Shown piece after piece: positions 26,171 through 39,670 of a DNA stretch of 64,000 nt. Numbering within the stretch: position 1 is the first letter of the stretch; each line of letters opens with the position of its first letter. Below the pieces are notes generated by a model. That model saw only the letters and a list, made by a program, of their open reading frames with translations. It was not told the origin of the DNA and did no database searches. The position numbers and the translations under genes were made by a program. This DNA comes from Lama guanicoe (Eukaryota): the NCBI GenBank assembly GCA_013239625.1, contig MU053487.1, forward strand, positions 1,135,058 to 1,199,057, written 5' to 3'.

Positions 26171-27079
26171 TGAAACACAACAGAGAAAAAAAGATGAGAG
26201 TGTGTGTACTCTAGAGAGCAGAGATGGGGTCATTGAAACAAGATAGAGGTCTACAGAAAGTTTGGAGTCAGTTTCCAGAAGGCTATGAGTAAAAAAAAAT
26301 ACAAGAGTTATGATTTATTCTATAAGCAATAAATATCCTCTGGAGTCCTTGAGTAGAAAGTTAGTAAGTGATGTTTCAGGAAGGGGTCTGTCAATTACGT
26401 GAATCTGGGCAGTAGAAAGGTAGACCAGAGGTAAAGAAAATATTAAGTGCCTACTCTGTGCCAGACTGACGTTTTTACCATTTGCCAGATGCAGAAATTA
26501 AAGCTCAAAGAAGTTGACTTTCCGTGGATCTCAGTGCTGAGATTACAGCCGGGATTTTGGGTTCCAAAGCCCAGATCTTACTGCACTGTACTGTATTTGT
26601 TCCCAGAAGTCCTAAAGTAAGGTGAGGCAGGACAGGCTAGCCTGTAGAGATCTGAAGGAGGAAGAGAGAAAAATAGGTGGGTACGTAATATTGAAACGGA
26701 AGATCAGAGGGATTTCCAAGGCATATGCATGTAGCTCTGTTTTCTGTAACTGATCTAATAATAAGATTGAAGTCTTTTGAGCACAGAGCCACTTCTGGCC
26801 CTGTGTGAAGATTTCACCTACCTTGACAAAGACAGACTAAATCCTCTGGCATCTGAAACTATGTTGGAAGTTGTGTGCATACCTGAAGAATGAATAGAAG
26901 AGTGCAAGAAGCATCCAGAGGCATTTGCATGTCCTGATTTCAAGGACAGGCCTCTCAACTGGGAACATGGTACTTTCTTGATGAGATGTGTACAGACAAT
27001 CTTAAGTCTAAGCAACAGGGTATGACTACTTAGTCCTCTTTCATTTTATCTCTTTTTTCACTCTAAGGTTGATATAACA

Positions 27080-27700
27080 TAGTTTTTTAGTGAGTTGTTT
27101 TTTAAGCTTATTTTAATTCTCTAAGTACAACATGAATACATCAAACTGGAAAAACAATGCTACAACTAAAATAAGGTCCCCCTGACTGATCCCAGTTCTC
27201 TCAAATGAAGTAACCATGGTTTTTACTTTTGATGCGTATCTCCATCATATGCTCGGCATTAGCAGATGTGTGGCTCTATCTTTAAGTACAGTATATCGTA
27301 ATTGTTATGAAATACAGACATAATTATTTTGGTTGGATATTTGAAGGATTCTCTAGTTTTCTTTTTTTGTGCATTAGTATGTATTGGAGAATTTTCCCTG
27401 TCAAAATCTATAAATGAAGCTCATTCAATTGTGATAGCTGGATAGCATTCCTTAAGGTGAATGTGCTCTAGTTTACTTAACGGTCATCCTCTTTATTTGT
27501 TGCTATTACAAAAACACCCAAACAGATCACCCTTGTCCCATGCCTCCTAGTGCATATGTGTGAATATTTTTCTCAGAACAATTCTAAGAAATGGACTTAC
27601 TAGACCATATTGAAATTTATAATATATCTCAAAAATTTCCTCAGACATGGTTGAACCAATCTTGACATCTATAAGCAGCATATAAAAGTGCCTGGCACAC
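27080..27700 (-). mobile_element. Decayed L1ME-like 3' region
   Basis: Reverse L1 motifs, e.g. TTTGTTGCTATTACAAA and ATTCTAAGAAATGGACTTACTAG. Confidence 0.5.
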
Positions 27701-28294
27701 TTCATAAATACCTTATTGCATAATTTTTCCTGTGCATCTGTGTTTTATTAGTAATTATATCACTATTTCTATTATTACTGATACATAGAGGGCATAATTC
27801 TTGTCCTCAGGAACTCACAATCAACATCTCAGTGGTTAACAGGAAAATAAAGGAGATAATTAAGATATAAAGACAATAATGAACTTTCTAGAAGAAAGAA
27901 AAAGAGGGTGATGGTCAATTTTGGTAACTTTCTAACATTTGTCACGGTTTCTGTTCCCTGGGCGTTAAGTCTGCAGAAGTGAGTTGTCTCACTGGGGCTT
28001 CATGTGACCAAGCATCTCCACCATGGATTCCAAGATATTCCTCTTAACTGTAGACAGGAGGATTGCACTGTAAGCACCATGGAAGAGTGGAAATTATCAG
28101 TGATGGGGGTACTGGGTCTGGACCCCGTTTCCCATATTCAGTTGGTCACCCTGGCCACTCCATATATCCTTTTTGGGCCTTAGTGTCCCTGTTTGAGAAA
28201 GTAAGAACCCTCAAATGTTCTTTGTAGATGTAAAATTCCATTATCTTAAGAACCAGTGCAATATATAGTCAAATAGGATACTCTTTTATCACAG

Positions 28295-28445
28295 ACTTTA
28301 GAGAGCGTCAGAATCACAAGGAGGGTCTGTTACAACATGAATTTCTAGGTCCCAACACAGAGATCTCAGTTGAGGCCCGGAAATGTTCATCTTTTACTAG
28401 TTCCTAAGTGATGCTGGTCTGGAGACCACACTTTGAGAGCTCTAA
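28295..28445. mobile_element. MER5-like MITE
   Basis: TCAGAATCAC...GGAGGGTCTGTTA...GCTGGTCTGGAGACCACACTTTGAGA. Confidence 0.7.
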
Positions 28446-28559
28446 CTTGAGGGTGCTTCTCAGGTACCTACAGGGTACAGGCTGAAAGAAAGGCAGAGAG
28501 AGACTAGCTGTTGAGGATTTGTAAATGATGGAGTTAGAGGCTCCAGAGACAATGAGCCT

Positions 28560-29170
28560 GGAGCCAAGTTGTGTTTTGATAAAAGCCATATGGAGGCTAC
28601 CAGAGAGGAAGGCTGGGCCAGAGGGAAGCCATCCAAGGAGGAGGATTTGTTGTAATTCAGAGGAGAGACCAGCGGAGTTTGAACCAGCGTGATCCTGAAG
28701 GGGAAGGATAGGAAGAGATGAATTCAGAGGGCTTCAGAAGTTAGAATTAGACGATTTGGGATTGCATGTTGGGAATAAAGGAAAGGGGCAAGTCTTGGGT
28801 GTCTTACAGATTTCGAGTTTGGGTAATAACGTGAATGACAGTATCATTTGGATTGTAAAACAGAATAAGGGAACTATAAGAGGTTAGTCAAGGTGTGTGT
28901 GAGTACCGCAAAGGGGTAGCATCCTGGTCAGCCCCGAGTTCCCACCCGAGGACCAGAGATCCTCGGGAATGGATACGAATGACACCTGGAGGCTCACACT
29001 GAGAGTTACTCCACCAGAACTGAGACCAAACAGTCAGAGAGGAGGGCTTTAAAAGTGGGGTTGAGTTTATTTTCAAAGCATATAGTATTCTGTAAGGATT
29101 TTTAGAAAGATTTTGGAACCTAAGTAAATAAAAAATAGCAAGGTCTGGGGCAGCTATAAAAGAGTGATAA
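28560..29170 (-). mobile_element. L2 fragment
   Basis: Purine-rich reverse L2 motifs (GAAGAGATGAATTCAGAG...GAAGTTAGAATT...CAGATTTCGAGTTTGGGTAA). Confidence 0.55.
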
Positions 29171-31277
29171 AGAGGCAACTGTGTCCACAGCAGCTAAAAA
29201 TTTACAAGGATAAAATAACCAAGTCATGACTAAGTCAGAAGTACACACGTATGTGTGAGACAGAAATGGAGAAGAAAGGAAGGCTGGGTTCTTTAAATAG
29301 TCTTAGCTTATATCTTAGATACACAGCAACAGTTTTAAATATAAATATAAATATATGTATTAAGTAGATAAAAGACTGAAAAGAAATACGTTAATGGATC
29401 TGGTGTTAGATTTATAGGCTATGTTTCTTTTCTTATATAAACCTTAACTTTCTCAATTTTCTGTAATCAGCATGTGATACTTTTAAAACTCTAAAAAAGT
29501 TATTTAAATGCTTTTAAAAAACTTGTTTCTGAATAGTGGAAGAGAAAGAGCATGGTAGAATTCTCTAGAGAAAGGATTAGAGTTTGGCTTTCTGGTTCTC
29601 TTCTCTCTATATCCCAAGACAGCTCCTGGCAGTCCCAGAAAGAACCATCTGGATCTCACATCACTCAGGCAGGCGGGAGCCCCCTGAGTGTTGCAGCCTC
29701 ACAGGCAATTTGATCCATTCTCATTGGGAAGCCTGGGGCTAGGAGGCAATATTTAGAGCAACATAATGATGAAACCAATTTGAAATACCAAGAAAAATTG
29801 TTAGTGATGCAGAAAAGCCTCAGTCACTGCTCGCCCCACCTGCAGCCGCTGGGAGACCTGGGCAGATTGAGGTGCTCCGGCAAATTCCTGCAGGAGATCT
29901 GGGCCTGCTTCACCCCCAGGACCCCCCCACCCCAGGACCCAACAACAAATGGCCCAGGGTAACACTAATGAAAGCTAATTATAAACACAGAATTTCAACA
30001 AGAAACAAAACATATACCATTGCTCTGCACTAAGAAGTAAAATAGGTCTGATTTTAAGATCCAGTCTTTACATGAGACAGAGCATTTGTGGGAAAAGAAA
30101 AGAAGATGCATATTTTGCTCTGATTTCCCATTGATCCCTGTGTTTTTCTTTTCATCCATCCCTTTGCATGTCAGTTAGTTTTGATTCTATTACTCTGATC
30201 TGAGAAATGGAAACAGCGGGGTCCAAAGTTACAGGAAATGCCTTTGTTTAGTGATCCACGTCCTCTTCCCTCTTTCTCTTTGGAAAGATTCAAGCCATGA
30301 GCCTGACTTTTGGGAACTACAGGTCAGTTGCTACCTACAGAGACATGTGCATACTAATCCTCTTCTTCCCTCTCTGTCTCCCTTCATCTCTCAGAGATGC
30401 CCCCAGAATATTTCTAAACCTTTACTCATCTGCATTGGATGATTCTTACTTAGGTGAACATGGACATCACCTTCAGCCTCTACTTAATGTCTTACTTCTC
30501 TGTATTGTAGATTTCATGGAGAATGTGCAGGGGCCCCCTCCCCTCATACCTCCTTCAATGCAATCTTAGCTGTGAAGTGGCTGTGATCACACAACAATGG
30601 GAAGTTGATGTGGGAAGTTTCTTGTCTGTTCCTCTAAAATATAACGTCTTTAGAAATCCCTTTGGGGCTCAGGCTCATCTTTTTTATCCCAACAGGTTCT
30701 CTGTCATCGGTTCAGCTTAAAGGCTGGGGTGGGTGTTGTTACCAGAAGGAAGTCAGAGCTGTATCTGTAGCATTCGGTGATGGAGGAAAGCTGCTAGTAC
30801 CAAACCACAGAGCAGCAGGAAGGGACCGGGGAATAAATATTATGTAACCTTTCCCTCCTCCTCCATCTAGTCTCTAAGCAGTGCTGCCCACTGGCCTAAA
30901 CCAGACTCTGGAGGGACTGCTCCACATATTTGTACTCACACAAATAAGTGTATGTGTAAATCTATCTATATAACTTTATTTTATGTAAATATGATTATTA
31001 TATATTTTTTTCTTCAACTTGCTTTCTCTTCAATAGCATGTAAGTGAAATCTCCATGATCTCCACTGAAATGAAATGGAACCCAAGCACTAAATACTGTT
31101 AATCCATCTGTGAGCAAAGATATATTTCTGTAATATTACAAGAGTCAACCATTAGGGTAAGGCTAGATCATTCCCTTTGTTAGGTCTGGGTTTTGTCCAG
31201 TGTTATAAAACCAGATAAATAAAAGAAGGTTTCAAAGCATCTTAAATTTCAAGAATTTTCCCATTTTCCCAGTTTAA

Positions 31278-31440
31278 GTAAAACCATAATGGAAAAGAGT
31301 GTGTGTATATATATGTATATACACACACACATACATATATATATATTCAGTTATATATATATATATAACTGAATCACTTTGCTGTATACCAGAAACAGAA
31401 TGTTGTAAATCAATTATACTTCAATTAAAAACAAGAAAAA
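31278..31440 (+). mobile_element. Short lineage L1 3' end with compound (TG/TA/CA) microsatellite
   Basis: CCATAATGGAAAAGA-microsatellite-ATAACTGAATCACTTTGCTGTATACCAGAAAC...TTGTAAATCAATTATACTTCAATTAAAAA. Confidence 0.85.
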
Positions 31441-31561
31441 GAGGGGGAACTTTTCTAGCTAAAAAGGTCATTAGTTACTCTCATAAAAATACCTTACTGC
31501 AAATGAGGAAAAATATGTATTTTTGAGTTGACTTACATAGCTGAGTAATTTCTGAAGAGGT

Positions 31562-31940
31562 TGTTGGAGGAGGTCATTGAGAGAAAGTGACCACTGGTTG
31601 ACCCGAGAGCTGGTCTTGGGTCATCAGGGGCTCTTCACCCCTCCCTCCTTCCTTGGAAAGTGCTTTCTGCCCACCAGCTCCGGCTGTTTTCAAGAATGCA
31701 GCCTGGAGAGAGTAACTTGTTGTTAAGACCATCTGGACTAAATAGTGGCTGAACCCAGACAAAGCCTACTCCTCTTGCCTCTGCCCTAGACCAGCCTCCT
31801 AAGTAATTTCCTTCGCTTGTTAAAATGCCACCTACCCATCTGGAGTGGCTGCCTCTTTCTTAGGTCCCTCCTTGCCCTCCCGGTACCAGGCCAATTTCAG
31901 ATTCCACCTGGGGAATTCCTGAGTTTGCGAACCAGTCAGG
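31562..31940 (+). mobile_element. Probable solo LTR, family not recognised
   Basis: GC-richer island starting TGTTGG with LTR-like composition inside AT-rich flanks; no clean TSD; orientation uncertain. Confidence 0.35.
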
Positions 31941-32029
31941 TCACTTGAGGTGGGAAAGGAAGTTACCTTTATTTATCTGAAAGGATTTACATTTGTTCCA
32001 GTTTTTCTCTATTCTAAACTACATCAAAC

Positions 32030-33840
32030 ATCCTTTTAAAAATTTTACTGTATCAGTGTAGAAATACACAGAAAAGTACATAAAAAATATATGGCATTCA
32101 ATATATTATTATTAACTAGGTAAATAGTGAAAGGAATAGAATACCAAGAATCCTGAAAGCTTCCCTCATACTCCTGCCCAAACACTCCTCTGTCTCCTCT
32201 CCAAAGTTTACACGTATCATGTTTTCTAATGCTCTGTATTAGTTTTTCTATTTTTAAATTTACGTAAATGGAATGATCCAGTAGGTAATCTCCTATGTTT
32301 GTGTTATTTGACTCCTATTGGATTTCTTTACCTTTTAACATATTCTTATGGTTTAACATTTTTATTGTTGTGTAATGTTCCATTGCTTTATAATTTGGAA
32401 TGAGTGGTTACTAGTTTGTGGCTATTAGGATTAATAATGCTAAGATGGAAGGGTAGTACGCATATGAATTGTTTGGAAACCTGATTTTTAGGATTGTTTC
32501 TCTTTCTTTCACTGTATATAGTGATTTTAAACATGCTTTTGAATCCATGTATCTGATTATTGGCCATAGAAATTTTCTTGGGTTTTATGCTGGTTTATTT
32601 GCTTTGCTCATGCTGTTTTGCATCTTTGTGTGGTTTGTAATTTTGCAAGGACATTGTCAAAGGAATCTTATCTGTGGTAATCATGCGTAGCCTGGCATAG
32701 AAGACACTGCTTAGGCTCCACTTCAGAGCCTCTCAGACTAAACTGCCTCTTATTCCCATTGTCACTATGGTCCCCATCTCTCCCTGGCCTCCTACTGACA
32801 TCATGGAGACACAACCCACGTCACTGAACCTCATGCTCACACCACTTGCCTCTTGCTTTTTGCCCAGGGCTTCCCTTTTAATATCAGGGTTGGAACCTCA
32901 AAGACCTGGCTCAGCAAGCACTGGGACATTAGGGTGGTTAATGCCTCTTGGGGCACACGTTTAACAAATGGAATATCAAAGCCAGGAGATGGAGCTGTCC
33001 CCTTGCTTCATCTGGAAAGACTGGTGAGATATAGTTATATGGTTACTTAAAGGACAGTCCCTTAGGGACCAAAAAAGCCATCACCCAACAGCACATCCTC
33101 ATATTGGCAGCTCTTCTTTCTTCCCAGCTTGACTCTCTTGTCTTTCACTGGCCCCCCCAAAAAAAAAAAAGTTTCTGTAAGTCTTCTGCTACAGGCTCTG
33201 CTTTCTAAGGAACTCAGGCTAAGATAACTACCTTGGTCTGATCCTCCTGAGGTGTTACCAGCCTAGGACCATCTTTTGTCTAAATGTATGACCTTGAGGT
33301 TTCCTGGACCATGAAGACATGGCAGATTTCAAACTTAAACCTTTATCAGCAGAGCATTATATTTATTGATTCTTAGGGGATTTTTTTTCTTTTCCTTTAT
33401 TCAGAATTCACAGCAAACTAGATTTTCCCCTTTCTTTATGTCTGAGATGCCATTAACAAACAAATAAAAACAAACAAGCAAAAAAAAACCCCAGTCTATC
33501 GTATTACTGAAGATGAAACATTTTTAGCATTCTAGGCTTATATAGGTATATTAGTATTTGCCCATCTTTTTCTCCAAACCATATATGGATGTTAAAATTC
33601 TAGCTCTCAGTTACTGAGATTTCAGTCATCCCCAAAGTGTCTGAAACCTCAGTGCATGCTCATGTCTGATTTCAGATTCTTCTTCAGTTTTGGTCCCTCT
33701 GTATTTCCCTTACATTCTTTAGTGTTCTGCTAGGCATTAAAATCGTGTTTATTATTTTTTATTCTATTTTTTCCTAGGTGTTTTTATTGGTAGGACTTTT
33801 ATGATATATTGTCTTCCCTATTCCCAGGAACAGGAACCCT
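32030..33840 (-). mobile_element. Decayed L1M element(s) with a probable 5' end near 33840, interrupted by LTR33
   Basis: Reverse 3'-UTR motifs at about 32030-32450 (TTTACGTAAATGGAATGATCCAGTAGGTA); 5'-end-like terminus ...CCCAGGAACAGGAACCC. Confidence 0.45.
32700..33225 (+). mobile_element. ERVL solo LTR, LTR33-like
   Basis: GTTAATGCCTCTTGGGGC...CCTCATATTGGC...AGGCTCTGCTTTCTAAGGAACTCAGGCTAAGATA, the typical LTR33 3' terminus. Confidence 0.7.
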
Positions 33841-34239
33841 GAATATTTGCAGTTCTGCCAAGCTTGATGATCTGTTTTATAAATGCATATCAGCTTAGAA
33901 GCGGAAATTCAACAGGATAGTTTGCTACCAGCAAACACATGCCTTCTCTGAGAAATAACATGGAAATAGAGAAGACAGGAAACATACAGACCAAAATAGT
34001 GTGCAGTGCAGTTCAATCAGTTAGTGTGGGACAGTCATCTGTACGTATTTCAATAAGCCTGAGGGCCATCCATGTCCTAGACCTAAATTATAACTCATAT
34101 TAATAATGTTCACATCAAGGAAGTAAAAAAATATTCACCATACTGAAGATGCTAACCTCAAATAAAACATATTTTAAAGCATTTTATTCCTGAAATAATT
34201 TTAAATGTTATATTGCTTAAAAGATCAAATAATAATATG

Positions 34240-34440
34240 ATAAAAATTATAATCATCACCAATTATGAAGCTTCTAATAGGTATCTGGTACTGGGCTCTG
34301 CATTTTACCTAATTCTTAATACATTATCTTAATTCTCACAATAAACCTGTAAGACAACTATTACGAGTTTTGCTTTATAATATGGAGGTTAGAATTACAC
34401 ATTTAGTAAGTCATAATTACAGTTTCTCTGCTTTTTCCAT
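34240..34440 (-). mobile_element. MIR SINE
   Basis: TACATTATCTTAATTCTCACAATAAACCTGTAAG, reverse MIR. Confidence 0.6.
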
Positions 34441-35519
34441 TTTGCCATATTCCTAGTCTTCCCCATCCATGAAAACCTCTTATCCTATAGAGATGTTCTA
34501 AGGCTGTCCCAGGAGGCAGAGGCATTATCACCCTTCCTTGCCCAGGAGACTCCCTGACACCTCAGGAAGAGGCAGCCCATACTCAGTGACCTCTGTGCAT
34601 AACCTCCCTCTAACAGCTTCCCAGAATGGTCAGACCCTCCACCTGGAAGAGCCTGTGATGGACATATTTTGGCACACATGCCAAATCGGTGGCACTGAAA
34701 CCAGTGGGGAGATGAAGAAGGGGGACCGGGTACTGAGTCAAAAATGACAAAAACAGCAACAAACAGGAGGGACACATTTTCAAATATGATAATTCTGTCT
34801 GGACAGTTGACAAAGAACAAATGCTCCCTTGCTCCCTGTGGAAATGATCATTTTTAAAAAGCAGACTGGGGAGCTTTAGATAATTATTTAGTCCTTTTGA
34901 ATATTTATGAGCTTCCAGTGTGCTACATACATTTTAAAAGACAGTTGACAACTGTAGCATATATCATCCTGTTCCCTCTGCAAGCTAAAAATAGTTTCCC
35001 TTTTTAATGTAAAAACAGTACATTCAGCTTGGTGTCCATGAACTAAAAAACTGTAAAAATACCAATTTTCAGGCATGATGGCAAAGAATGTTCTAAGAAA
35101 TTCTTCTTGTAAACTTTCAGATGAGTCATCTGGTCCATCAGTGCCGCCTGGGAGAGAGACCACAGAGGGCACCCATGATTGCTAGCAGGTCAGGGGATGG
35201 GGCTGGAGGAGCTGAGGTTAAGGCGGCCATTCTCTTCCCATGGGGCACCAGAAGCTGAAGGAATCAGCCCGGTCATGGCCTGGAGGAATCAACTTAGATT
35301 TGACTCAGAAATGAGAACCAAGCTTGGGATCAAAAAGGCATGCACTGGCAGGAGCAGGAAAAAAGAGAGTAGAAAATAGACCTCCAAAGCAGCAAGTTTG
35401 AACCATTGTTTCCAAGGGAGCTCATGCTTTTCCTCCTTTCCTAGGGGGCAGGTGTATAGATGAGTCTGGCTGATTTAATAGGGCAACTGGGCACCTCCCA
35501 TTCTCTTCTGTGTCTCACT

Positions 35520-35975
35520 GGGGTGGAAAGGTTTCCTGGATGCTGTCAGTGTGCCATCCAGCTCTGCCTCGCCAGCAGGTACACCCGTTCCACAGCCAGT
35601 GAGCGCACTGACTGTTAGCATCCCACATCCACTCCCTTCTCCAAAGAACTTCCTTGGGTCTAAAAGAAGCCACCTTACTTTATAGGATCCTTCCTCTTTG
35701 AGTCAGAACGTGACCAATGATGGACTAACACAGGGTGCCAAATGCCATCCCCTCTGCTTCAGCGTTAGACTGATTCTGTGGTACATTCAGGCTCCAGAGC
35801 TCCCCATGGGATCAGGCTGAAGTTCATCTTCTGTCGAGACCACATCCTTGCTCAGTTCTTCCTCTGCTCGGATGTGCTACCTTGAATTCTTCACATGTTT
35901 TACCTAAGTGACACCCTCAAGACATCTTTGATGAGAGTCTCCATCTCACCCCCTCTAGGGAACCCAACTAAGCCA
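35520..35975 (+). mobile_element. ERVL solo LTR, LTR16C-like
   Basis: GACCAATGA...CTGTGGTACATTCAGGCTCCAGAGCTCCCCATGGGATCAGGCTGAAG...CTCTAGGGAACCCAACTAAGCCA. Confidence 0.75.
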
Positions 35976-38304
35976 GAAGGAGAAGGGGGGCACTTGTTGG
36001 GCCAGCCTGATGGTGAAACTGAATCTCTAACACGGAAAGTGGTGCCAGTTCCTTTGATTTTTGCACAGGAATGACTGACCCAGAATATAGCAGGAGCCTG
36101 GTAATCTGAGCCAGTCTCCATACTTAAACTGCCCTTCTCCTTAACACGCGACTCAGGCTTTAGGATTCCATTCTCAGGTCAGTGTCTTGGCAGGTGTTTC
36201 CTGCGTGTCCTGCCTCTCCTCCTGCGCATGTACTGATCCGATTTCTTCTTCACTTGGTTTCCATGGTGGTTTGCTCTTTGCTATTGATGTACCATGAAGT
36301 ACCCTGAGGTGAGCTCTTACTTTTGTTAAGTGTCCCATAAATGCCCTAGCTTGCTTCAGCCAGAGGGGTGAGGCAAAGCACTGTTCTGTACCTGAGGTCC
36401 TGCTTCTGACAGTGGCCATTTCTTTGCACTTCCTCCTCCCTAGTGAGGGCACCAAGCTCCCCATCCATTTCCTGTTCCACACTGTCCCAGGGTAGCAGGA
36501 ATGCCCAGGGTCAAGAGCCATTTGATTGCATCGGGTCTGTCCAGGAGCAGTGTCTCCAAGGGTCTGTGGTGGAAGGACACTGGGATTATCATGGGAACCA
36601 GCGTCTCCTCTAACAAGACCAGGGGAAGGTAGCTCCAGGCTGTTTTCGTGAACTTCAAGCATCTTCGCTGATTTATGTGCTGAGTCATACAAATAAGGCC
36701 TACATACCTACATCCCAAACAAGGATGTTAATCCTATCATGGAGCTGGCTATAAAACTGCAAAGGTGCTAGGTTGTGTTGGTAGCACCCATGGAGAAGCT
36801 TCCAGGCCTGAGAAGGCCTCTGCCATGGGGAAGATCTGCTGTAGCTGGGCTAGATGAGCAGACTGTGGAGGGGGAGCTGGCTCCTGCAGGGTCCAGGGCT
36901 GAGTGGACAAGGGCTAGCACACTCCCTCGAGTACCACTGTGCCCAGGGAAGCATCTTTCTGCACACATCGAAAGATGCTTACACGCCACAGTGCACACAA
37001 GGGTGTGTAGACATACAGGAACATGACCAGCCTGCAGCTCTGAACTAAGATCTTGGTACCGCTCAACACAGACCTGCTCAGTATGCCTTGGGCCCAGAGG
37101 CCCTATTCTTATTTATCAAGTTTATAGACTTGAGATTAAACTCAGGTCCACCTAAGTCCAAAGCTGGCCCTCTCCTTCAGAGATGTGTGGCTTCTTTAGT
37201 GCTGAGGCTAGAACAAGATTCAGATTTTCTGACTTCCAGAACAGAGGTATTTTCACTACATCACAATTTTTTGTTTTTTCCTCAACACTAAAGGAAGCAA
37301 TTTTGGTTTCAGAGGCTAAATGAAAGCACTGGGGTTGACCTTTTGGGAAGCTACTAGAGACCAAATACTTTTTTCCCAAAGCATCATTTTTTATAACTGT
37401 AGTTAGAGTTATTTTATAGCAGCCTAATGCCAAAGCACAGATTCCTAATACATTTCTCCTTTATGATCTAGTAGTAAAGTCATCTGATGCTTAGTTAACT
37501 TGACAATCTAGTTCCTTCTCTCAAAAGACAAAACAATAACATTGCATCTGAAAAGCCAGCTCTCTGGTTTGGAAAAGGTTGATTTTTCATATCAAGTGAT
37601 TGAAAAGCTGAATAGTGAAATAAACATGCCAGCTCCTTTTTTACAAGCTGGGGGGCTGCCCATGGAAGTGTGTTATCTTCTGCCCCAAATGGCTCCAGGA
37701 GGCAGAAAGGTTACAGATCCAAAGCAAATGGTAGTTGTGACTGATTTCACTTGGAAAGTTGCCCAGGTCAGTGTTGTTTTCCCAAAACAAGAAATCACCT
37801 GCTGTGTCCTTGATGCCACCACTTATTTCTGAGAGAGAGCAAGCTCAGGACTAGAAAAGGAGTGGCATTACGATGAAAGTAAGAATGGAATAATGTTTAA
37901 AACTGTTAAGAACAATTCAGCCAAATGGAAGCTGCCTAACACTTTGACCCTCACTATCATCATTCTATTGGTAACTTTTACTTATGTTAATTAAGTTAAA
38001 AAAAAAAAAAGCACTGCTCCACTGCCCCATGATGTCAAAGCAAATACACAGTAGGAAGCATAATCCATTTACCTCCCTGCATGTTCCTACCACTGAACCA
38101 AAAGCCCTTTGGAGAAATTGTTTAGCTCAGCTCAGGGCAACTTTATCAACTGCTGAGTCTGACCCCAGTGCCAACATTTATTAAGCTTCTATGCCGGTCC
38201 AAGAATTGGGAATGTGAGGAAAGAGATAACTCGGCATTTCTCGGGGTCTTGCAGCCTAACTAGAAATTTCTGTGATATTGTATATTTATAGAGAGTATTT
38301 TATG

Positions 38305-39425
38305 TTTATCCATTCATTCAACAAATATTTATTAAGCACCTAAATTTTAAAAGGTAGGGATCTTGGACTGTAAACAAAAGACTTAAATATGTAGTGTGAT
38401 AGAAGCCAGTAAGTGATACGAATATATGCGGAATCTTAAAAAAAATGATACAAATAAACTTATTTACAAAACAGAAATAGACTCACAGACATAGAAAACA
38501 AACTTATGTTACCAAAGGGGAAAGGGGAGGAGGAATACATTAGGAATTTGGGATTAACAGATACACGCAACTGTGTATAAAATAGGTAAACGACAAGGAC
38601 TTTCTGTACATCACAGGGAACTATATTCAATATCTTGAAATGACCTATAATGGAAAAGAATCTGAAAAAGAATATATATAAAATACATATATATTTATAT
38701 ATATATATATATAAAACTGAACCACTTTATTGTACACCTGAAACATTGTAAATCAATTAGACTTCAATAAAAGGAAGCCAATAAGCGGTATGAAGAATAA
38801 AGGAGGAAAGAAGGTTACGGAGGACTGAGATGGGGTTGGGAATATCATTCCATAATGAGTGGTGTAGGAAGACCTCTCTGTTAAAAGTCATATGAGAAAT
38901 CAGAAGAAACAGAGAAAGCCACGTGGCTATGAGGGAAAAGGTATTGTAGGCAGAGAAAACAGGTGAACAGGACATGAGGGGAGAGTGTGCTTGATCCCAG
39001 GAGTCTTGGACCTGCAAGGAAGTGGGTGTGGCTGGAGGAGGGTGAGGAGAGAAAGGAAGGAGACGAGTTTACAGAGGCAAAGCAGCCAGATCAAGTCAGG
39101 CCTCACAGCATCTTTAAGATCTTAGCCATTGCTGTGAAGACTCTGGGAAGTACAGGAGGGGTTCAGCAGAAGAGTGACACGATCTGGCTTAAATTCAAGA
39201 AAGAATGCTCTGGATCCTTTTGAAGAGTAAATGGTAGGGTGGCAGATAAGCAAAGAGATCAGATTTAAAAGACAAAAAGAAAAAACAAACAAAAAAAACC
39301 TATTGCAGCAATCCAAGTAAGAGATACTGGTGGCCAGGACCAGGGGGATAATAAGGGAGGAGGCTAGATTTTGGATGTATTTTAAAGTTGGAGACAGGAT
39401 TTGCTGATGGATTTGCTGTAGGGTT
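38305..39425 (-). mobile_element. L2 element (3' part) split by an L1 insertion
   Basis: CATTCATTCAACAAATATTTATTAAGCACC tail at about 38310; resumes after 38795 with GGAAGACCTCTCTG...GAAGAGTGACACGATCTGGCTT...GGATTTGCTGATGGATT. Confidence 0.8.
38423..38773 (+). mobile_element. Lineage L1 3' UTR fragment with (TA)n
   Basis: ACAGAAATAGACTCACAGACATAGAAAACAAACTTATG...CACAGGGAACTATATTCAATATCTTG...AATAAAA. Degenerate 21-bp TSD at 38402-38422 and 38774-38794 (4 transitions). Confidence 0.9.
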
Positions 39426-39429
39426 TGAC

Positions 39430-39670
39430 TGCTGGGTATGGGCATAGATACCATAGCTCCCTCACCCCTTAAGCACAACAATTATGTAATTTTCCCATGT
39501 GATTAAGCTCCCCTGACTCACTGTGCCAGCTGATTGAATCATGCGGTCTTCATGGGTTTCTCTTCCCTTCATTTCCTCATCTCCCTCCCAGTGTTACCTT
39601 CACTTCCTAAGTAAGCTTTTGCACAATTGTGGTCTCAGTAATTGTTTCCAGAAGAACCAAAACTAAGACA
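39430..39670 (+). mobile_element. ERVL LTR (LTR33/LTR16 group) 3' half
   Basis: GATTAAGCTCC...GGTCTCAG...TTCCAGAAGAACCAAAACTAAGACA terminus. Confidence 0.6.

Noticed and set aside
34633..34700. TTTGGCACACATGCCAAA quasi-palindrome, possibly a hAT (MER102-like) end
   Set aside because: Could not find the partner terminus or assign a family with confidence.
36174..36692. Longest ORF in the track (172 aa, minus strand)
   Set aside because: No recognisable domain or family resemblance; an ORF of this length is plausible by chance in a GC-richer patch.
36949..36980. 11-bp perfect hairpin AAGCATCTTTC / GAAAGATGCTT
   Set aside because: Too short for a pre-miRNA, and one such stem is unsurprising in 64 kb.
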